Of a stretch of DNA of 64,000 nt, positions 30,233 through 40,207 are shown piece by piece; the first letter of the stretch is position 1; each line of letters starts with the position of its first letter. The notes beneath the pieces are model-generated. The model was not told the DNA's origin and made no database searches. It worked only from the letters and a program-made list of their open reading frames with translations. A program made the position numbers and the translations under genes. Where the stretch lies: positions 664-64,663 of the forward strand of contig VGEU01000003.1 in the NCBI GenBank assembly GCA_016869145.1, given 5' to 3'. The DNA comes from Alphaproteobacteria bacterium (GTDB lineage Bacteria > Pseudomonadota > Alphaproteobacteria > MPNO01 > VGEU01).

Positions 30233-31651
30233 ATGCGGCTTGCGCGGATCCTTGCCCTGTCGACGGTGCTCATGGCGGCCGCGCCGGCGGCATGGGCGGC
30301 GAGCGGGCCCAACCTCGACGGCTCGAACCTCAGTCTCTTGTGGTTCGCACCCTTCGCGGGCCTCCTCCTCTCGATCGCGCTGTTGCCGATCCTGACGCCG
30401 GCCTTCTGGCATCACCACTACGGCAAGGTGACCGCGTTCTGGGCGGTGGCCTGCGTCATCCCGCTGATGATGGAGTTCGGCACCGCCGACGCGGCGCACG
30501 AGCTCTTCCACGTCGCCATCGCCGACTACATTCCGTTCATGCTCCTCCTGACCGCGCTCTACGTCGTGGCGGGCGGTATCGCGGTCTCCGGCCAGCTCGT
30601 TGGAACGCCCGCGGTCAACACCGCGATCCTCGCCTTCGGCACGCTTCTCGCCGGCTGGATCGGAACGACCGGCGCCTCGATGCTCCTGATCCGGTTCGTG
30701 ATCGCAACCAACCGCAACCGTACGAACAAGACGCACATCTTCGTCTTCTTCATCTTCCTCGTCTCGAATATCGGCGGCTCGATGACGCCGCTCGGCGATC
30801 CGCCGCTCTTTCTCGGCTATCTCAACGGGATCGACTTCTTCTGGCCGCTGATCTGGCTGACGCCGCCGCTACTCCTCTGCGTCGTGGTGCTTCTGGTGCT
30901 GTTCTACGCCCTCGACACTTTTTTCTTCCGTGCCGATCGCGAGTCACATCCGGCACCGCAGGCGGCGTTCCGGAGCATTCGCGTGCGTGGCGGGCTGATC
31001 AATATGCCCCTTCTCCTCGGCATCGTGTTCGCCGTGCTCTTGAGCGGCTCGGTCAAGACGGGTGTCGCTATCGACGTCTTCGGCGTCGAGATCAAGCTCG
31101 AGAACCTGCTTCGCGACCTCGCGCTCCTCGGCCTGATCCTTCTCTCGCTCCGCCTGACGCCGACATTCATCCGGCGCGAGAACAGCTTCACCTGGGGTCC
31201 GATGGTGGAGGTGATCAAGCTGTTCGCCGGCATCTTCGCGACCATCATTCCGTGTCTCGCGATCCTGAAGGCAGGCAAGGCCGGCGCCGCGGCGGCGGTG
31301 CATGAGCTCCTGACGCGGCCCGACGGGACGCCGATCAACGCGATGTATTTCTGGGTGACGGGCACACTGTCGAGTTTCCTCGACAATGCGCCGACCTATC
31401 TCATTTTCTTCAACGTGGCCGGTGGCGACGCGGTTCAGCTTATGGGCCCGCTCGCGGCGACGCTGCTCGCGATCTCGGCCGGCGCGGTCTTCATGGGCTC
31501 CAATACCTATATCGGCAACGCGCCCAACCTGATGGTGAAGGCCGTCGTCGAGGCGAACGACATCCGGATGCCGAGCTTCTTCGGCTACATGCTGTGGTCG
31601 TGCGGCATTCTCCTGCCGCTGTTCGTCGTGGTCGCCTGGGTCTTCTTCTAG
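30233..31651 (+). CDS. Putative Na+/H+ antiporter (IT superfamily)
   Basis: Polytopic; IGTTGASMLLIR, NIGGSMTPLGDPPLFLG, SSFLDNAPTY, TYIGNAPN. Confidence 0.88.
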   Translation: MRLARILALSTVLMAAAPAAWAASGPNLDGSNLSLLWFAPFAGLLLSIALLPILTPAFWHHHYGKVTAFWAVACVIPLMMEFGTADAAHELFHVAIADYIPFMLLLTALYVVAGGIAVSGQLVGTPAVNTAILAFGTLLAGWIGTTGASMLLIRFVIATNRNRTNKTHIFVFFIFLVSNIGGSMTPLGDPPLFLGYLNGIDFFWPLIWLTPPLLLCVVVLLVLFYALDTFFFRADRESHPAPQAAFRSIRVRGGLINMPLLLGIVFAVLLSGSVKTGVAIDVFGVEIKLENLLRDLALLGLILLSLRLTPTFIRRENSFTWGPMVEVIKLFAGIFATIIPCLAILKAGKAGAAAAVHELLTRPDGTPINAMYFWVTGTLSSFLDNAPTYLIFFNVAGGDAVQLMGPLAATLLAISAGAVFMGSNTYIGNAPNLMVKAVVEANDIRMPSFFGYMLWSCGILLPLFVVVAWVFF

Positions 31652-32409
31652 GCGACGACCCCTGCCGGGAGCGGGTCGCGCTCGCCCTTGACGGCGACAC
31701 GCCAGATCTCGTTCATGCACGCCCAGCGCGTCTTGACCGCGGTCTCGGCCACCTCGATCGCGCGGTCGAGGAGGTCCTGCGAATTGATCAGCCGCGTCAC
31801 GAGGTCGAGCTGGCGGCTCGAATGGTCGGCATCGGCGACCAAATGCTCGTTGAAGAACTCGATCTCGGGCGCATCCGCCTTGTAGCCGTGGAACCTCTCG
31901 AACGCCGGCAGCGTGCGCTCGGCGTTGATCGCGGGCTGCTGGCCCTCCTGGGTCGATTGCATGGCGAGGATGACGCCGATCGGCTCGTCCTTCACTGTGT
32001 TGAGATAGAAATAGGACCGCGCCCGCCATGAGGCGAGCTGCTCGGTCGCCTCGACCTCGGCGTCGGTGAGACCGGCGACACGGCAGAAGCGGCGGATCAG
32101 CTCCATGTGGTCGTGCGCCTCGCGGCCCTCGCCGGGGCCGGCGAGGATGCCTTCCTCCTCGGCGAGATTCTCGAGCAGGAAGCGGCGCGCCTCGGGCGGC
32201 GCCTTGTAATAGGCGATGCCGAACGAGGGCAGCACGCGCAACACGTGCTGATAATGCTGCGCCATCAAGAGGCCGAGCGGGTGGAGGCCGAACGTGCCGC
32301 GGTGGAACTCGACGAAGAACGGATGGTCCTTGGTGTGCCACTTGTTGCGGAGCGCGACGATCTCGCGCGCGGCCCTGCGTCCGTAGTCGTTCGCCTGTGG
32401 TGTCGCCAT
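31648..32409 (-). CDS. Heme-oxygenase-like diiron protein (PqqC/CADD/TenA superfamily)
   Basis: HPF, ENLAEEEG...DH, QEG, FFNEHLVADADH ligand pattern. Confidence 0.8.
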   Translation of the reverse strand: MATPQANDYGRRAAREIVALRNKWHTKDHPFFVEFHRGTFGLHPLGLLMAQHYQHVLRVLPSFGIAYYKAPPEARRFLLENLAEEEGILAGPGEGREAHDHMELIRRFCRVAGLTDAEVEATEQLASWRARSYFYLNTVKDEPIGVILAMQSTQEGQQPAINAERTLPAFERFHGYKADAPEIEFFNEHLVADADHSSRQLDLVTRLINSQDLLDRAIEVAETAVKTRWACMNEIWRVAVKGERDPLPAGVVA

Positions 32410-32548
32410 GTCGTTCCTCCCGCACGGGTCCGGTCCCCGGCCGCCGAGTTAACCGGCGGTTGCGGCGCGCTGTCAATCGATGCGACGCGCGACGGCATTG
32501 CGCCGCGGGCGCGCCCGGCGCAGGATGGTGGAGCGAAAGGACACCGCC

Positions 32549-32953
32549 ATGGCAAACATCCGCAAACGCGTCAGCAATCCGCCGACCGTCGCGGCGCCGA
32601 TGAAGCGCTACTACTCGAACGCGGTCCGCGTCGATTCGGGCCCGCTGCTCTTCATCTCGGGCCAGGTCGCGCTCGACAAGGACGGCAAGCTCGTCGGCAA
32701 GGGCGATCTCCGCGCCCAGGCCGTTCAGGTGCTCGAGAACATCCGCGCGATCCTCGCCGCCCACGGCGCCGACATGTCGGACATCCTGAAGGTCACGGTC
32801 TACGTCACCCAGATCCGCGCCTTCAACGACATCGCCGACATCCGCGAGCGCTATTTCCCGAACGATGGCCCGGCGAGCGTGATCGTCGAGATCTCGGCGC
32901 TCGCGCTGCCGGAGCTGATGATCGAGATCGAGGCGGTCGCCGCGATCAGTTGA
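32549..32953 (+). CDS. RidA family protein
   Basis: YSNAV, FISGQVA, KVTVY, RERYF, PASVIVEISAL, IEIEAVA. Confidence 0.92.
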   Translation: MANIRKRVSNPPTVAAPMKRYYSNAVRVDSGPLLFISGQVALDKDGKLVGKGDLRAQAVQVLENIRAILAAHGADMSDILKVTVYVTQIRAFNDIADIRERYFPNDGPASVIVEISALALPELMIEIEAVAAIS

Positions 32954-33894
32954 GGCGGCGGGCGCGGCGCAGGACGACCAGCACCGCGAGCGCGAACAGG
33001 ATCGCCGTCTCGGGCTCGGGCAGCCCGATCACGACCGGAACACTCTGGACGAACGACTTCACCCAGTTGCCGATCGAATCCTCGGCGAGATTGGTGTGCG
33101 TGGAGCGGAGTGTCGTTGTGGACGGGATCGCGGCGCCGCCACCCTGATAGGTCGTCGTCGAGCCGATGCCGACGATGTTGTTGCCGAGAAGCGCGGGGTT
33201 GCCGCTGTCGCCCTGGGCGATCAGGCCCTCGCCGACCAGGGCGGTGCTGAACAGGACCGACATCCGGAGCGGCTTGTCGGGCGCCGGCACGTTGGGGCTG
33301 ACGTCGGTGAAGGTCGTGATCACCGCATCGATCGTGTTGGTCGCATGCCGGCGCGTGCCCGAGGCGAGCGGGCCGCTCGCCGGGCTGCCGCCGATGCCGT
33401 AGCCGACGAGATCGAGCACGGTGGTCGTGAGCGGATCGGGCAGGTCCTCCTGGATGCCATAGCGCTGGGCATCGCCGGGGGGCGAGGGATGCGAGCTTGA
33501 GGACGCCGACATCGTACTGGTCGATGTTGTCGAGCGGGAACGGCCGATCGGCGAACAGTGGGTGGATGTGGACGCCGCCGGCCGCGATCCCGAGCGTGGT
33601 CGGTCCGGTCGGCGTCTCGAAGGTGATCTGCCAGTTGTTCGCGCCGTCGAGGCAGTGGCCGGCGGTCACCACGTGGATCCCGTCGGCGAGGAGCGCGCCC
33701 GAGCAGCGGAACGTGCCCGCCTGGTTGAGGAAGTTGAACGCGATGTTGACGACGCCGGTGAAGGCCGAATTGCCGGTCACGTAGCCGGGATCGCTCGTAT
33801 TCCGGATCAGGATCGCCTGTGCCGCGGGGGCGCCGACCGCGACGGCCACGAGGCCCAGCAGGGCCGCGCGCAACAGACAAAACAGAGACCGCAT
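32946..33894 (-). pseudogene. Secreted trypsin-like serine protease with PEP-CTERM-like tail, frameshifted in a C6 run (33477-33482)
   Basis: Signal peptide, CSGALL..TAGHC, YDVGVL in one frame; VGYG, GDSG, LPEPETAILFALAVLVVLRRARR in another; removing one C joins them. Confidence 0.85.
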
Positions 33895-34066
33895 CGGCAC
33901 TCTCCGTCGCGCTCCGGCGGTCCCCAACGCAGACCGGAACGAACACACACGCGACGTCGTCGCCACTCACCCCGGCCGCGACGTGCCCACCAACCACGCC
34001 CGTCGATAACACGGAATCACTAGGCCGAACAGCCCGGTGCGGCGCGGATCGCCGATCCTGTTAACC

Positions 34067-34378
34067 CTAATCCGGACCGTGTGCACCGCGTGCGGGCATG
34101 CCGCGCTCGAACACCACCTGCGCCGTGAACAGGACCACCAGGCCGACGAGGAGCGGCCAGGCGAGAAACCACCAGTCGGCGTGCTCGAGGAAGATCACGA
34201 CCGGGTTGGCGCCAGCCGGCGAATGGAGGGTGCGGGAGGCCATCATCGCGGCCAGCGTCACCGCGACGGCGGCGATCATCCATGCCTCGGCAGGGTCGTC
34301 GAAGCGCGTCTGGCCGACATGGGGGAATGCGAGCCCGATCAGGCTCGCGATCAGGTGGCCGCCGAACAAGCTCCGCGG
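34067..34378 (-). pseudogene. 3' fragment of HPP-family membrane protein
   Basis: PRSLFGGHL...TLHSPAGANP...FLAWPLLVG; N-terminal half missing. Confidence 0.7.
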
Positions 34379-35724
34379 CATCGCCGTCGCCGATGAGGAC
34401 GACGACCGGCCGCGAAGGCGAACATCATCGCGCCGGTGCCGGCAGCGAGCGCGTACTGATCCGGACGCTTGATCGGGATCTGGTGCGCGTACTGGGTGTG
34501 GTTGCCGCAGCCGACGCAGAAGATCGTCTCCGGCGGGCACACCTCCGTCGCGACGCGCGAGATGAGCTGCGGCTTGATCGGAATCGCGTCGAGGTCGACG
34601 CCGTAGTAGCGCTCGGTCTCCTGCCGGTCGAGCGCGCGGAGCGCCACGGCGCGGGGATGGCGCGCGCCCTCTGGCGTCGCGAGCCCGGCCTTCGCCGCGA
34701 ACGCGAGCGCGTCCTCGAGGAAGAGGCCGCAATCGGCGACGGCGCCGATCTCGACCGCGTATTGGCGGCCGATCTCGGCCGGATCGCTCTCGACCTGGAT
34801 GATCTTCGCGTCGGTACCGATCAGCTGCCAATTGATGGTGTTGACGTTGAGGAACCGGCAGCCGAGCCCGAGGATCACGTCGGAACGGCGGAGCGCCTCG
34901 TTCGCGGTCGAGCGCCCGAAATGCCCGGCGATGCCGAGCGCGAGGGGGTGGTCCTCGGGGATCGAGCCGCGCCCCATCTCGGTCGTCGCGACCGGCATGG
35001 CGAAGCGCTCGGCCAGGGCGACCAGCGTCTTGCCGGCCCGCGACCACACGACGCCGCGCCCGGCGAGGATCATCGGGTGGCGCGCGCCGGCGATCAGGCG
35101 TATGGCGCGCTCGACCGCCTCGGGGTGGGGGCGTGTCGCGTTGGCGATCCAGCGCGATCGGGCGGGTCCCTTGAGCGAGAGATCGCTCGTCTCGACGTCG
35201 ACCGGCTTCTTGAGGAGGTTCTTCGGCAGGTCGAGATGGACCGGGCCCGGCATGCCCTAGCGCGCGACCTCAAACGCGGTCCGCATCAGGCGGTTGATGT
35301 CCTTCGCCTCGCGCAACTGGTCGTTCCACTTGGTGACCTCGCGGAACACGTTCACGACGTTGAACTCGTGCCACAGGTTCCGTCCGAGGCGGAACGTATC
35401 CATGTTGCACGACAGCATGATCAGCGGCACGCAGTCCTTCTGCGCGTTCCAGGTGCCGAGGACGGCATTCGAGATGCCGGGTCCGACATGGAGGAGCGCG
35501 CAGGCCGGCTCGCCCGTGAACCGGGAATAGCCATCCGCCATGCTCGCCGCGGCGTGCTCGATGCGGCAGGTGATGTAGCGGATCTCGTCCTGGCGATCGT
35601 AGATCGCGTCGATGATCGGCAGCACCGTGTCGCCGGTAATGCCGAAGACATGGCGGACGCCTTCCTCGACGAGATGCTGGACGACCGCCTCGGCGGCGGT
35701 CACCGGGGTGCGCGGACGGCTCAT
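34374..35724 (-). pseudogene. Thiamine-diphosphate enzyme (acetolactate synthase-like), degraded
   Basis: VFGITG, RIEHAAASMADGY, GPG, AFEVAR*GMPGPVHLDLP (TAG 35257-35259); frameshifting deletion before RPVVVLIGDGD; truncated just after GDG. Confidence 0.85.
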
Positions 35725-35838
35725 TCGGACGCTCCGGGGCGGGACAGGGTTGGTCGGCGGGCGCATGGTCGCGCGATCGGCCGCGCCGGGCAAGGCGAGC
35801 GGCTTCGACGTCGGGGATCAGGGAGCGGGAAAGGAAAC

Positions 35839-35915
35839 TGGTCGGAGAGAGAGGATTTGAACCTCCGGCCCCTGCCTCCCGAAAGCAGTGCTCTACCAGG
35901 CTGAGCTACTCTCCG
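35839..35915 (-). tRNA. tRNA-Pro (CGG)
   Basis: CGGAGAG acceptor, anticodon arm CTGCT-TT-CGG-GA-GGCAG, GTTCAAATCC, 3' CCA. Confidence 0.97.
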
Positions 35916-35926
35916 ACCGGGCGCTC

Positions 35927-35956
35927 CTTATAGCGCCGCCGGCCCGTCCTTGCCAA
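35927..35956 (-). promoter_or_regulatory. Sigma70-type promoter of tRNA-Pro
   Basis: TTGGCA-N18-TATAAG on minus strand, 11 nt before tRNA. Confidence 0.5.
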
Positions 35957-35982
35957 GCGCGAGGGGAGGGCCGGGACCGGGC

Positions 35983-37005
35983 TCAATAGGCGCGCGCGAC
36001 CGCGAAGGCGAGCGCCTCGAGGAGCGCGCGTTTCTCCATCCCGGGCGGGAAGGGCTCGAGCGCCTGGCGTGCGGTCGCCGCGTATTGCTTGGCGCGATCG
36101 ACGGTGGCGGCGAGCGCGCCCGTGCGCTCGAGAAGGGTGATCGCCCGCTTGAGATCGCCTTTCTTCTGCTCGAGGTCCTCGAGCGTACGGCGGAGAAAGA
36201 CGCGGGATTCGCCGTCTGCGGCGCGGAAGGCGAGGATCACGGGGAGCGTGATCTTGCCGTCGCGGAAGTCGTCGCCGACGGTCTTGCCGAGCGTCGGCTG
36301 GTGCGCCGAATAGTCGAGCACGTCGTCGATGAGCTGGAACGCCATCCCGAAATTGTGCCCGAACGCCTCGAGCGCGCGTCGCTCACGTTCCGGGCGGTCG
36401 GCGACGACCGCGCCGATCTCGCTCGCCGCCGCGAAGAGCTTCGCGGTCTTGGAGCGGATCACCTCGAGATAGTCGGCCTCCGTCGTCTCGGTGTCGTTCG
36501 CGGTCATGAGCTGGAGGACCTCGCCCTCGGCGATCACCGACGATGCGTTCGACAGGATGCGCAGGACCTCGAGCGAGCCGTCCTCGACCATCAGCTCGAA
36601 GGCGCGGCTGAAAAGGAAATCGCCGACGAGCACGCTCGCCTTGTTCCCCCAGACCGCGTTCGCCGACGACGCGCCGCGGCGCAGCATGCTCTCGTCGACC
36701 ACGTCGTCGTGGAGGAGGGTCGCGGTGTGGATGAATTCGACGCAGGCCGCGAGCCCGGCGTGCCGGACCCCGCGATAGCCGCACATCCGCGCCGCCGCGA
36801 GCGTCAGCATCGGGCGCATCCGCTTGCCGCCGGCCGCGACGAGGTGGCCGGCCACCTGCGGGATGAGGTAGACCGGGCTCCGCATCCGGTCGAGAATGAT
36901 CTCGTTGACCTTCGCGAGGTCGTCGGCGACCAACTGTGTCAGCAGTTCGATCGACGGACGCGGCGCCTCGCCGGAGTCGTCCTCTCGGGTGACGACGACG
37001 TTCAC
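35983..37005 (-). CDS. ispB: Polyprenyl (octa/decaprenyl) diphosphate synthase
   Basis: GGKRMRP, LLHDDVVD, VLVGDFL, FQLIDDVLDY, GKTVGDD; GTG start after AGGAGA. Confidence 0.95.
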   Translation of the reverse strand: MNVVVTREDDSGEAPRPSIELLTQLVADDLAKVNEIILDRMRSPVYLIPQVAGHLVAAGGKRMRPMLTLAAARMCGYRGVRHAGLAACVEFIHTATLLHDDVVDESMLRRGASSANAVWGNKASVLVGDFLFSRAFELMVEDGSLEVLRILSNASSVIAEGEVLQLMTANDTETTEADYLEVIRSKTAKLFAAASEIGAVVADRPERERRALEAFGHNFGMAFQLIDDVLDYSAHQPTLGKTVGDDFRDGKITLPVILAFRAADGESRVFLRRTLEDLEQKKGDLKRAITLLERTGALAATVDRAKQYAATARQALEPFPPGMEKRALLEALAFAVARAY

Positions 37006-37102
37006 CAGCTTTCTCCTATTCCCTGACCTGCGCGGAGTGTGTCTTGGCTGTAAGAATAGTTGAGTGCCCCCCTGGGTCAAGCCGTCGAGGCCGCGGTCGC
37101 CG

Positions 37103-37321
37103 ATGAAAGAACTGGTGCGGACCAACGATCCGGCGCTCATTTCCTTCCTGGTCGCGCTGCTCCGATCGGAAGGGATCGAATCCTTCGTGCTCGATGCGCA
37201 TACGAGTGTCCTCGAAGGTTCGGCCGGCGCGATCCCGCGCCGGCTGATGGTCATCGACGACGACGCCGATCGGGCGCGACAGATTGTCACCGAGGCCGGT
37301 GAGGGCGGCGTCCTTGTCTGA
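37103..37321 (+). CDS. DUF2007 protein
   Basis: MKELVRTND..LISF...SVLEGSAGAIPRRLMV. Confidence 0.88.
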   Translation: MKELVRTNDPALISFLVALLRSEGIESFVLDAHTSVLEGSAGAIPRRLMVIDDDADRARQIVTEAGEGGVLV

Positions 37322-38057
37322 CGCGGCGGTCACCGAGGACGCGATCCTGGGCGGCACGGTCCGTGTGCGCCAGCCGGCGGCGGGTTTCCGGGTCGCGATC
37401 GATTCCGTCCTCCTCGCGGCGGCGGTGGCGGCCGAGCCGGGCGAGGAGGTGCTCGAGCCCGGCGCCGGCGTCGGCGCCGCCGCGCTCTGTCTCGCACGCC
37501 GCGTCGCCGGCGCGCGCGTGACCGGGATCGAGGTCGCGCCCGATCTCGTCCGGCTCGCCGGCGACAACGCCCGGCTCAACGGTCTCGCACCGGCGGTCAA
37601 CATCATGATCGGCGACATCGCGCGGCCGCCGCCGCGCGTCCTCCCCGCATCCTTCGCCCACGTGATGATGAACCCGCCTTATCTGCCGGCCTCGCGCGCC
37701 CAGGCACCCCCCGATGCGGGCAAGGCGCGCGCGCATGTCGAGGGCGAGGCCGATCTCGCGGCGTGGCTCGACTTCGCGTTTCACATGGTGCGGCCGCGCG
37801 GGACGGTGACGGTGATCCACCGCGCCGACCGGCTCGATGCGATCCTCGCCCGGCTCCACGCGCGCGCGGGTGCGATCGTCGTCTTCCCGTTGTGGCCGGG
37901 CCGCGACGGCAAGCCCGCCAAGCGTGTTCTGGTGCGGGCCGAGCGCGGCGGGCAGACCCCGCTCCGGCTCGCCGCCGGGCTCGTTCTCCACGAGGCCGAC
38001 GGTCGCTACACCGCGGAGGCGGATCGGGTTCTGCGTGGCGCCGCGCTCGAGTTGTGA
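37314..38057 (+). CDS. tRNA1(Val) adenine-N6 methyltransferase-like protein
   Basis: DSVLLAA, EPGAGVG, NPPY, IHRADRL. Confidence 0.88.
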   Translation: MSDAAVTEDAILGGTVRVRQPAAGFRVAIDSVLLAAAVAAEPGEEVLEPGAGVGAAALCLARRVAGARVTGIEVAPDLVRLAGDNARLNGLAPAVNIMIGDIARPPPRVLPASFAHVMMNPPYLPASRAQAPPDAGKARAHVEGEADLAAWLDFAFHMVRPRGTVTVIHRADRLDAILARLHARAGAIVVFPLWPGRDGKPAKRVLVRAERGGQTPLRLAAGLVLHEADGRYTAEADRVLRGAALEL

Positions 38058-38112
38058 CGGTTTTGCCGGGCCCAGTCTTGGCGGGCCCGGGCGCGCCCCA
38101 TATGTTACGCCC

Positions 38113-38994
38113 ATGACCTATGACGATCCGGTGACGCGCGCGAGGACCTGGCTGACCGGGGTGCGCCTGCCGTGGTCGCGCCCGTCAGCGCCGCGCGTCA
38201 ACGTGGTGCGCCTCGCCGGTGCGATCGGCGGGCTCGGGCCGATGCGGCGCGGACTGACGCTCGCCGGTGTCGAGCCGGTGCTCGAGCGTGCCTTCGGCGC
38301 CGGCCATCCGGTCGCGGTCGCGCTGGTGATCAATTCGCCGGGTGGCTCGGCCGTCCAGTCGGCGCTGATCGCGGGCCGCATCCGGGCGCTCGCCGACGAG
38401 AGAAAGGTTCCCGTATTCGCGTTCGCCGAGGATGTCGCGGCCTCGGGCGGATACTGGCTCGCCTCGGCGGCGGACGAGATTCATGCCGACGCCTCCTCCA
38501 TCGTCGGCTCGATCGGCGTGATCGCGGCCGGCTTCGGCTTCCAGGGCGCGCTCGAGCGGCTCGGCGTCGAGCGCCGGCTTCACGCCACCGGTCCGCGCAA
38601 GGGGATGCTCGATCCGTTCCGGCCCGAATCCGACGCCGATGTCGCGCGGCTCCGTGCGCTCCAGGACGACATCTTCGCGAGCTTCAAGGCGCAGGTGCGC
38701 GCGCGGCGCGGCGCGAAGCTCAAGGCCGATGACGCGGTTCTCTTCGATGGTGGTGTCTGGACCGGGCGCGAGGCGCTCGCGCTCGGGTTGATCGATGGTC
38801 TCGGCGACCCGCGCACGGTGATGCGTGTCCGTTTCGGCGACAAGGTCAGGCTGCGGAGCGTCGGCGCGCGGCCGTCGCGGCTTCGCCGCATCATGCCGTG
38901 GGCAGGAAGCGCCGAGGACCGCGCCGCCGCGTGGACGCTCGGCACGCTCGCCGCGGTCGAGGAATGGGCGCTGTGGCGCCGGTTCGGGTTGTAG
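38113..38994 (+). CDS. S49 (SppA/SohB) peptidase
   Basis: INSPGGS, DVAASGGY, IVGSIGV, ALGLIDGLG. Confidence 0.93.
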   Translation: MTYDDPVTRARTWLTGVRLPWSRPSAPRVNVVRLAGAIGGLGPMRRGLTLAGVEPVLERAFGAGHPVAVALVINSPGGSAVQSALIAGRIRALADERKVPVFAFAEDVAASGGYWLASAADEIHADASSIVGSIGVIAAGFGFQGALERLGVERRLHATGPRKGMLDPFRPESDADVARLRALQDDIFASFKAQVRARRGAKLKADDAVLFDGGVWTGREALALGLIDGLGDPRTVMRVRFGDKVRLRSVGARPSRLRRIMPWAGSAEDRAAAWTLGTLAAVEEWALWRRFGL

Positions 38995-39005
38995 GAGACC
39001 GGGTC

Positions 39006-39248
39006 GTGGGCGCCGGCATCGGCAAGATCGTCGTCCTCATACTCGCGATCGCGGTGGTCTGGTTCGGTTTCCGCTGGGTGCAGCGTTACATCGCGGCGAA
39101 GAACGCCGCCCAGACCGCGAAGCCGGCCGAGCCCAAGGCGCTCGAAGCGGAGGCGACGGTCCGCTGCGGCCGCTGCGGCACGTTCGTCCCGGCCTCCGGC
39201 GCGAAGCCCTGCGAGCGGGCCGACTGTGCCTGGTCCGCACCTTCGTAG
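39006..39248 (+). CDS. Small membrane protein with Cys cluster (PP0621-like)
   Basis: RBS AGGAG, N-terminal TM helix, CGRCGTFVP..CERADC. Confidence 0.7.
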   Translation: MGAGIGKIVVLILAIAVVWFGFRWVQRYIAAKNAAQTAKPAEPKALEAEATVRCGRCGTFVPASGAKPCERADCAWSAPS

Positions 39249-39271
39249 AGTGTTCATAAACCCGGGCAAAC

Positions 39272-39301
39272 TTGACCCTCGCGCAAGGCGGCCTGTATGG
39301 T
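39272..39301 (+). promoter_or_regulatory. Sigma70-type promoter of glyQS
   Basis: TTGACC-N18-TATGGT, 30 nt before ATG 39332. Confidence 0.55.
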
Positions 39302-39331
39302 TCGCCCGCCTTTCCCGGGATCTCTCCGCCC

Positions 39332-40207
39332 ATGACGCAACCGCGCGCGCCGTCGTTCCAGGCGCTGATCCTCCAGCTGCACGACTACTGGTCGCGCCAG
39401 GGCTGCGTCATCCTCCAGCCCTATGACATGGAGGTGGGCGCCGGCACATTCCATCCGGCGACGACGCTCCGCGCGCTCGGCCCGAAGCCGTGGCGCGCGG
39501 CCTACGTGCAGCCGTCGCGCCGGCCGACCGACGGTCGCTACGGCGAGAACCCGAACCGACTGCAACACTATTATCAGTATCAGGTCATCCTGAAGCCGTC
39601 GCCCGAGGGCAGCCAGGAGCTCTATCTCGACAGCCTGCGCGCGCTGGGCGTCGACCCGGCGCTGCACGACATCCGCTTCGTCGAGGACGACTGGGAGAGC
39701 CCGACGCTCGGCGCCGCCGGGCTCGGCTGGGAGGTCTGGTGCGACGGCATGGAGGTGACGCAGTTCACCTATTTCCAGCAGGTCGGCGGCATCGAATGCG
39801 ACCCGGTTTCGGTCGAGCTCACCTACGGGCTCGAGCGGCTCGCGATGTATATCCAGGGTGTCGAGAACGTCTACGACCTCGACTTCAACGGCGCCGGCGT
39901 CAAGTACGGCGATGTATTCCTGCAGGCCGAGCGCGAGTACTCCGCCTACAATTTTGAGCACGCCAACACCGACACGCTCCTGAGGCAGTTCGGTTTCGCC
40001 GAGGCCGAATGCCAGGCGCTCCTCGAGAAGAAGCTCGCGCTGCCCGCCTACGACCAGTGCATCAAGGCGAGCCACACCTTCAATCTCCTCGACGCGCGCG
40101 GCGTCATCAGCGTCACCGAGCGCGCCGCCTATATCGGCCGCGTGCGCGCAATGGCGAAGGGCTGCTGCGAGGCGTGGCTCGCGAGCCAGGGCGGTCGCGA
40201 TGGCTGA
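39332..40207 (+). CDS. glyQ: Glycine-tRNA ligase alpha subunit
   Basis: [46 protein letters not shown]. Confidence 0.99.
   Translation: MTQPRAPSFQALILQLHDYWSRQGCVILQPYDMEVGAGTFHPATTLRALGPKPWRAAYVQPSRRPTDGRYGENPNRLQHYYQYQVILKPSPEGSQELYLDSLRALGVDPALHDIRFVEDDWESPTLGAAGLGWEVWCDGMEVTQFTYFQQVGGIECDPVSVELTYGLERLAMYIQGVENVYDLDFNGAGVKYGDVFLQAEREYSAYNFEHANTDTLLRQFGFAEAECQALLEKKLALPAYDQCIKASHTFNLLDARGVISVTERAAYIGRVRAMAKGCCEAWLASQGGRDG

Noticed and set aside
10670-35259. Genome-wide TAG reassignment or pyrrolysine recoding to explain three in-frame amber codons
   Set aside because: TAG ends intact genes at their expected C-termini (apt, ppdK, mnmA, MFS); the tRNA-Gln has a normal TTG anticodon; no pyl genes are seen; the same gene set also has TGA and frameshift lesions
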